57,760 nucleotides of DNA from Anaerolineae bacterium. GTDB lineage: Bacteria; Chloroflexota; Anaerolineae; UBA1429. The DNA lies in the NCBI GenBank assembly GCA_050942995.1, contig JBMNOI010000002.1, positions 1-57,760 of the forward strand. Reading direction: 5' to 3'. The position numbers and the translations under genes were made by a program. Positions 52,975 through 57,760 of this stretch are shown in pieces. Every line of letters begins with the position of its first letter. Within the stretch, counting starts at the first letter, position 1. Below the pieces are notes generated by a model. It did not search any database, was not told the DNA's origin, and saw only the letters and a list, made by a program, of their open reading frames with translations.

Positions 52975-55362
52975 ATGAAAAATAGAGACAGTCAGAGAGG
53001 ATGTTCCGATCCCGATCTCGGGGGTGATTGTCCCACGGTACGCCATACCCGACCGCGAAGGGTGCACGGCGGCTGGATCGCCCTGGGCCTGACGCTGGTC
53101 TTGACCGCAGGCGCCGCTGCAGGATGCCAGGCGAATGTTCCGCCCGAGGGAGGATCCACTCCGGAGGCGGCCGCAATCACCACTGTGATCCCCACCACGC
53201 CCGAGCCCACCGTTGTTGATGAAGCGACGGGGGAGCCGTCTCCTGTGCCGCCCACGGCGACCTCGACGGCGACACTCACGCCCGAGCCAACCCAAACATC
53301 GACGGCGACCGCAACGCCCACCCCGCTGATCCATGTCGTGGAGCAGGGGGATACGTTGACGGGTATCGCCGTGCAATATGGCGTGCCTTCGGCCGAGATC
53401 GCCGAGGCCAATAACTTTGATGTAGAGAGTTATCTGGTCATCGGGCAGGAGTTGATCGTCCCGCTCGGTGATGCCGAGGATCAAGAGAACACTGAGACTG
53501 AGGGGGGTCCCGAGTCAGAGCCCTCTCCCGAGGCGACGCCGACAGAGGATGAGCCCACGCCGGAAACCGGCCCGCTGATCCATATCGTGGAGCAGGGGGA
53601 TACGTTGACGGGTATCGCCGTACAGTACGGTGTGCCGTCGGCCGAGATCGCCGAGGCGAACGAGATGGATATAGACGACTACCTGCGCATCGGGCAAGAG
53701 TTGACCATCCCCGGTGTGGCCGCGCCTGCGGCGACGGCGACAGAGGCTTCCACCGAAACGCCAACAGCGACGCCGACGACGCCGCCTACCGAAACGGCAA
53801 CTCGCACGCCAACGGTCTCGAGCACGCGGACACCGACGGCAACTCGCACGCCAACGGTCTCGAGCACGCGGACACCGACGGCAACTCGCACGCCAACGGT
53901 CTCGAGCACGCGGACACCGACGGCAACTCGCACGCCAACGGTCTCGAGTACGCGAACGCCGACGTCTACACCGACTCCTGCGGCGACCGCAACGCCCACC
54001 CCGCTGATCCATATCGTGGAGCAGGGGGATACGTTGACGGGTATCGCCGTGCAATATGGTGTACCCTCGGCCGAAATCGCCCGGGCCAACGGCATCGATG
54101 CCGATTCGATCCTGCGTCTGGGGCAGGAGCTTCTTATCCCGGGGACCGAGGCGCCCTCGCAGCCAGAGGCCGAGGAACAGCCCGAGCCCGAATCTACCCC
54201 CGAGACGACCGTGCATACGGTGGAGCGGGGCGATACGCTGCTGGCCATCGCATCTCGTTACGGCGTGCCGGCGGAAGACATCGCCCGGGCAAACGACATG
54301 TCGATCGACGATGTGCTGCGTTTGGGGCAGGACCTCGTTATTCCAGAGATCTCACCCACGCCCACGGCGACCGATACCCCACTGCCGCCGACAGAAACAC
54401 CGACCGCGCCGGAGTCGCCGGCGGCGACGAGGACGCCGGCTGCGACTCGTACGGCAACGGTGGCGGTAACGCCCTCTCCCACGCCGACGCCCCAACCGGC
54501 GGTTACGACACAGCCGCTGGTTCATGTGGTAAAGGCGGGGGATACGTTGGGGCGTATCGCCGCCGAGTATGAGGTGGCGTCGCGCGAGATCGCCGAGGCC
54601 AACAATATCTCGGTCGATGCGATTCTGCAGATTGGCCAGGAGCTGGTCATTCCCGGACGCACCGTCGAGGTAGAGGCCACGCCGACTCCCGAGGCGACAG
54701 AAGAGTCCGAAGAAACGCCCGAGCCCGCCGAGACGCCGGAGGCCGAGGAACCGGCAGAGCCTGCCGAAGAGCCGACTCCGACCCCCGGGCCGGTGATCCA
54801 TGTGGTGCAATCGGGCGACACGTTGAGCAGCATTGCCGTGCAGTATGGCGTGTCATCGCAAGCGATTGCCGAGGCGAACGGTATGCGCCTGACCTCTCTG
54901 CTGAGCATCGGGCAGCAACTGATCATCCCCGGTGTGCAGCCCACTCCGGCGCCGACAGAGGTGCCCAGTGAGGTTCCGCCCACCACCACGCCCGAGCCTA
55001 CGGTGGCGGCCACATCGACTGCGGCCAAGTTCGCCTATCGGGCGCCCGTGCTGCTCTCGCCGACGAACGGCATGCTGATCTCCGGGCGCGATACGCCCGT
55101 CATGCTAACCTGGGCATCGGTGGGAATTCTGGGGCGCGACGAGTGGTATCTGCTGCGCATCTGGACCCCCGACAGTCCGACTCAGCCCATCCGTGTGTGG
55201 ACCAAGGCGACGTCGTACCGGGTGCCCCGCGGGCTGTACCCCGGCGATCGGCGGACGCATCGGCTTTCGTGGCAGGTATGCGTCGTCAATCGGCCGACAG
55301 AGGCGGATCCCAGTGTGGCCATTAGCCGGCCCAGCGCACGTTATACGTTGATCTGGAGATAG
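52975..55362 (+). CDS. Cell-wall-binding protein with six LysM domains, Pro/Thr-rich linkers and an unassigned C-terminal domain
   Basis: Signal anchor WIALGLTLVLTAGAAAGC. Six copies of H-[VIT]-V-x-x-GDTL..IA..Y.V....IA.AN......L..GQ.L.IP. Confidence 0.9.
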   Translation: MKNRDSQRGCSDPDLGGDCPTVRHTRPRRVHGGWIALGLTLVLTAGAAAGCQANVPPEGGSTPEAAAITTVIPTTPEPTVVDEATGEPSPVPPTATSTATLTPEPTQTSTATATPTPLIHVVEQGDTLTGIAVQYGVPSAEIAEANNFDVESYLVIGQELIVPLGDAEDQENTETEGGPESEPSPEATPTEDEPTPETGPLIHIVEQGDTLTGIAVQYGVPSAEIAEANEMDIDDYLRIGQELTIPGVAAPAATATEASTETPTATPTTPPTETATRTPTVSSTRTPTATRTPTVSSTRTPTATRTPTVSSTRTPTATRTPTVSSTRTPTSTPTPAATATPTPLIHIVEQGDTLTGIAVQYGVPSAEIARANGIDADSILRLGQELLIPGTEAPSQPEAEEQPEPESTPETTVHTVERGDTLLAIASRYGVPAEDIARANDMSIDDVLRLGQDLVIPEISPTPTATDTPLPPTETPTAPESPAATRTPAATRTATVAVTPSPTPTPQPAVTTQPLVHVVKAGDTLGRIAAEYEVASREIAEANNISVDAILQIGQELVIPGRTVEVEATPTPEATEESEETPEPAETPEAEEPAEPAEEPTPTPGPVIHVVQSGDTLSSIAVQYGVSSQAIAEANGMRLTSLLSIGQQLIIPGVQPTPAPTEVPSEVPPTTTPEPTVAATSTAAKFAYRAPVLLSPTNGMLISGRDTPVMLTWASVGILGRDEWYLLRIWTPDSPTQPIRVWTKATSYRVPRGLYPGDRRTHRLSWQVCVVNRPTEADPSVAISRPSARYTLIWR
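53797..53964 (+). repeat. 42-bp tandem repeat x4 (three identical units, fourth diverged), in-frame
   Basis: Unit gcaactcgcacgccaacggtctcgagcacgcggacaccgacg starts at 53797, 53839, 53881 and 53923. It encodes (ATRTPTVSSTRTPT)n in a LysM linker. Confidence 0.95.
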
Positions 55363-55389
55363 GGCTCTCTCCAAATGCCCGAAAAGAGA

Positions 55390-55426
55390 GCCGCCGATCC
55401 CGTAACGCCGGGGTCGGCGGCTTTTT
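55390..55426 (+). terminator. Rho-independent terminator after the LysM gene
   Basis: gccgccgatccc / ggggtcggcggc form a 12-bp stem (one G-U pair) followed by TTTTTCTATT. Confidence 0.7.
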
Positions 55427-55446
55427 CTATTCGGAGTATCGTCGGG

Positions 55447-56307
55447 TCAGGCGCCGGTGAGGGTGATCTGTGTCACCTCAGGGCGGCAACCAAAGCGCAC
55501 CGGAGGACCGGTGACACCGATACCACGGTTGGTATAAAGCCACATATCGTGTACGCGATACAGACCCTGATCGTACTTTTGTCCCAGAGGGGGCAGAATG
55601 AGGGCTCCCACTCCCGGCAGGCGCACCTGTCCGCCATGGCTGTGTCCGGATAGCTGCAGCGCGATTCGTCCGTCCAGGGCATACGTATCGGCGACATCGG
55701 GCACGTGCATCAGCAGAATGCAGATCGCCTCTGCCGGTTTAGGGGCCAGGGCCTGTTCGAGATCGGGAGAGCCGGTAAGACCATCCGAGAGGCCGGCCAG
55801 ATAGAGTTCTCCCCGATCCTTCCCCCGCTCAATCGACAGGTTAATCCCCTGATTGACCAGCATGGTCACGCCGACGTTCTCCAGTTCCCGAACGATGGTA
55901 TCCGGTCTCTGCCACATGTCGTGGTTGCCCAACACGCCGTATACCCCCAACCGCCCGCGTAACCGGCCGAGTACGGGGGCCAGATCGACAATGGCCTCAC
56001 CGGTAGAGAGCACATAATCACCCGTCAGCGCCACAAGATCGGGCTGCAGATCATTTGCCAGCTCGACAGCCTGTTCGATGAGGTCGATCTCTGTATAGGG
56101 CTGCAGGTGCAGATCGCTTAGCTGCACGATGCGCAATCCCTCCAACGCCGCGGGCAGGCCGTCGATGGGGATGGTCACCCGTTCCACAGAGAGCCATTCG
56201 GGCTCCCAGCGGGTTACATAGCGAAAGCCGCCCGCAGACGCCAGAGAGGCGCTCAGCGCTACGCCGCCCAATCCCTTGAGCAAAGTACGCCGTTTCATCC
56301 GTCCCAA
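55447..56307 (-). CDS. Tat-exported calcineurin-like metallophosphoesterase (YkuE-like)
   Basis: Tat signal MKRRTLLKGLGGVALSASLASAG. Motifs LSDLHL, GDYV, GNHD and GHSHGG. Confidence 0.85.
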   Translation of the reverse strand: MGRMKRRTLLKGLGGVALSASLASAGGFRYVTRWEPEWLSVERVTIPIDGLPAALEGLRIVQLSDLHLQPYTEIDLIEQAVELANDLQPDLVALTGDYVLSTGEAIVDLAPVLGRLRGRLGVYGVLGNHDMWQRPDTIVRELENVGVTMLVNQGINLSIERGKDRGELYLAGLSDGLTGSPDLEQALAPKPAEAICILLMHVPDVADTYALDGRIALQLSGHSHGGQVRLPGVGALILPPLGQKYDQGLYRVHDMWLYTNRGIGVTGPPVRFGCRPEVTQITLTGA

Positions 56308-56357
56308 ACGCTTTTATCCCGAGATGTGCAAAATACACGAGAAACGATAGAGCGGAT

Positions 56358-56366
56358 ATTATACCA
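56358..56366 (-). promoter_or_regulatory. Extended -10 element TGGTATAAT
   Basis: Perfect TATAAT with an upstream TG, about 50 nt upstream of the metallophosphoesterase ATG. Confidence 0.4.
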
Positions 56367-56606
56367 CAAACGGAAGATATTGCAGATTATCGCCGGCATC
56401 CCGGCAGAGGCAAGCGGAACTGGCTTCAGAGTGGGGTGAGAGCAAAGATGCAGCCCTGCGCATCGGCGGGGTGGACTTTTGGCGGAGCGTGGACCGGGGG
56501 CGATGCCACTTGACGACGTACGGTCGCTCGGGATGCCCCCGATCCACACAGGATATCGACGCTCAGGTGAGCAGCCGTCGGGCCGGCCGGCTCATCCGGT
56601 TCTGGC

Positions 56607-57575
56607 CTACTGACGATCCTCCAGACCACGGCCACGCCGAGACTGATCCATCCAGGAGCGCATCCGCTCCAGGATCGTCGGCGCGTCCATCACGCCGGAA
56701 TCGGGGATCTGGGGGGGTGGGGTGGCCTTTTTTACCGGCTCTTTGGTCTCCGAGGGGGCGCTATCTTGCGGCGATTCGACCTTTTCCTCTTCCGCAGGTT
56801 CTGCGGGCTCTTCCTGCGCCGCCAGGGCTTCCCTCACGAGATTGTCGAACCAGTCCCAATTTGTTCTGAGCATGGCGCCCGGGCACTCGGTCTTTCCCAT
56901 GACGCGGATATGGTTGGTAAGCTCTGCCCCCGTCTGGCGGATAAGCGCTGCCGCGGCATGTGCCGTGTTGTTGAGCGTCTCGCCCTCGGGCAGGCGGTCC
57001 ATGAAATTGCCCACCATCTCGATATGCAGCGTGCCGGTCTCGAGGCGGCCACCGCCCACGCCACGTCCCGTCTGGGTCATATCGAAGAAGAGGCCGATCC
57101 CCTCGTACGAGATGAACAGGTGCGGCCCACGGGTCCAGCCCAGGCTGGCATAGTAGGCCTGTAACGACTTGCTCCAGTGAGCCCAGCCACCGGTTTGTCG
57201 CCAAGTGTCTTCATCGGGGATAAAGGTGTGGTGGATGACGACCTTGGTTACACGCTGGAGATCCAGAGTGGCGATGTGATCGGTGAATTCGCCGATGTTC
57301 ATCAATCGCCCATCGATGGGGAGGCGGCTGGCGCCCGCATGCGCCACAGGGATCGTCTCGCCGACGACACCGGCATCCGCGTAGTCACTCGGATAGGCGG
57401 CTCGCGCAGTTTGCGGCCGATCCGTGGCCGGGGTATTGGCGGTAGAGCCGGTTAGTTGCTTCAGGGACGGCCTCTGCGAACCCCCTCCGGTGAGATAAGA
57501 GAGCTCACCTAATGATGCCAGCGAAGGACTGAGCGCGATGCTGCCCAGCCATTTGAGCATAGTGCGCCGATTCAT
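56607..57575 (-). CDS. Tat-exported N-acetylmuramoyl-L-alanine amidase (Amidase_2/PGRP fold) with acidic Pro-rich tail
   Basis: Start at ATG 57575 (MNRRTMLKWLGSIALSPSLASLG). Motifs VVIHHT, HIEMVGNF and ECPG. Confidence 0.85.
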   Translation of the reverse strand: MNRRTMLKWLGSIALSPSLASLGELSYLTGGGSQRPSLKQLTGSTANTPATDRPQTARAAYPSDYADAGVVGETIPVAHAGASRLPIDGRLMNIGEFTDHIATLDLQRVTKVVIHHTFIPDEDTWRQTGGWAHWSKSLQAYYASLGWTRGPHLFISYEGIGLFFDMTQTGRGVGGGRLETGTLHIEMVGNFMDRLPEGETLNNTAHAAAALIRQTGAELTNHIRVMGKTECPGAMLRTNWDWFDNLVREALAAQEEPAEPAEEEKVESPQDSAPSETKEPVKKATPPPQIPDSGVMDAPTILERMRSWMDQSRRGRGLEDRQ

Positions 57576-57760
57576 TTGCCTCAGGCCCTTTCTTGAAATC
57601 AATAAAGGGCGACGGCATCTGGATTCGGAAGCGCATCATGAGGTGGGGAACCGGGCGCCTTACAGTGGCAACCATATGCTCCTGTCGGGCCGGTACAATG
57701 TAGCGTTCCATCGGAGCATAGAAAGCCCCTGAATGCGTGGTTTTTTTCTGCTTACGGCTC

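Noticed and set aside
53797-53964. Regular 42-bp repeats as a possible CRISPR array
   Set aside because: - The units are head-to-tail with no spacers.
- They lie in-frame inside the LysM protein linker.
- No cas genes are present.
57603-57760. c-di-AMP (ydaO-type) riboswitch upstream of the amidase, as is common for wall hydrolases
   Set aside because: - Only scattered short resemblances are present (GGTGGGGAACC, CCCCTGAATGCG).
- They are on the wrong strand relative to the amidase.
- The conserved pseudo-two-fold architecture could not be built, and the window ends here.

Overview
This is a 57,760-nt high-GC bacterial chromosomal segment. Hand counts give about 60% G+C in typical stretches.

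Overall content:
- I can support about 50 protein-coding genes, one tRNA-Pro(CGG) and two disrupted paralogous membrane glycosyltransferase genes.
- I can also support a set of promoters, operators, hairpin terminators and repeats.
- I see no rRNA, CRISPR array, transposase or integrase, and no recognisable phage or defence genes.

Layout:
- 49-3384: envelope proteins, including a 4-module secreted repeat protein.
- 3387-7635 (minus): a partner-switching operon (STAS, RsbW-like kinase, STAS, multi-GAF PP2C phosphatase). It has no sigma factor and is headed by a near-consensus promoter followed by a 32-bp perfect palindrome.
- 7725-12306 (minus): HyuA-like protein, methyl-THF pterin-binding methyltransferase, orphan betaine-type binding lipoprotein, YigZ.
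- 12.5-24.8 kb: housekeeping genes (epimerase, TrmI, YihY, heterodimeric ABC exporter, lipid kinase, LexA with a GAAC-N4-GTTC box, FAD oxidoreductase, CopZ-like/TlpA/DUF2085).
- 24803-24876: tRNA-Pro, followed by an AT-rich, compositionally mosaic islet with two decaying GT87-like genes.
- 27.7-34 kb: DcyD-family enzyme, GT4, GT2, HD protein, M50 protease, MFS transporter.
- 34-43.8 kb (minus): orphan sugar-type binding lipoprotein, giant dCache-HAMP-GAF histidine kinase and NarL regulator, all joined by ATGA overlaps. Downstream are a lone receiver, a BNR propeller and two uncharacterised envelope proteins.
- 44-52 kb: LiaF-like membrane proteins, PFK, RraA-like protein, PlsC, YbeY, IorAB, RNase PH.
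- 52-57.6 kb: HD protein, a 6x LysM wall protein with a 42-bp x4 tandem repeat, a Tat metallophosphoesterase and a Tat amidase.

Taxon guess, tentative: a Chloroflexota-like monoderm. This rests on the Gram-positive-type LexA box, many Tat signals, multi-GAF sensors and strong GGAGG ribosome-binding sites.

Limits: I cannot point to one complete, clearly novel multi-gene system. The best candidates for something undescribed are:
- the palindrome-controlled sigma-less partner switch;
- the translationally coupled binding-protein/kinase/regulator unit with its downstream envelope genes;
- the HyuA-like/MeTr/betaine-binding-protein trio.

All family calls are made from motifs read by eye. Nothing was searched against a database.
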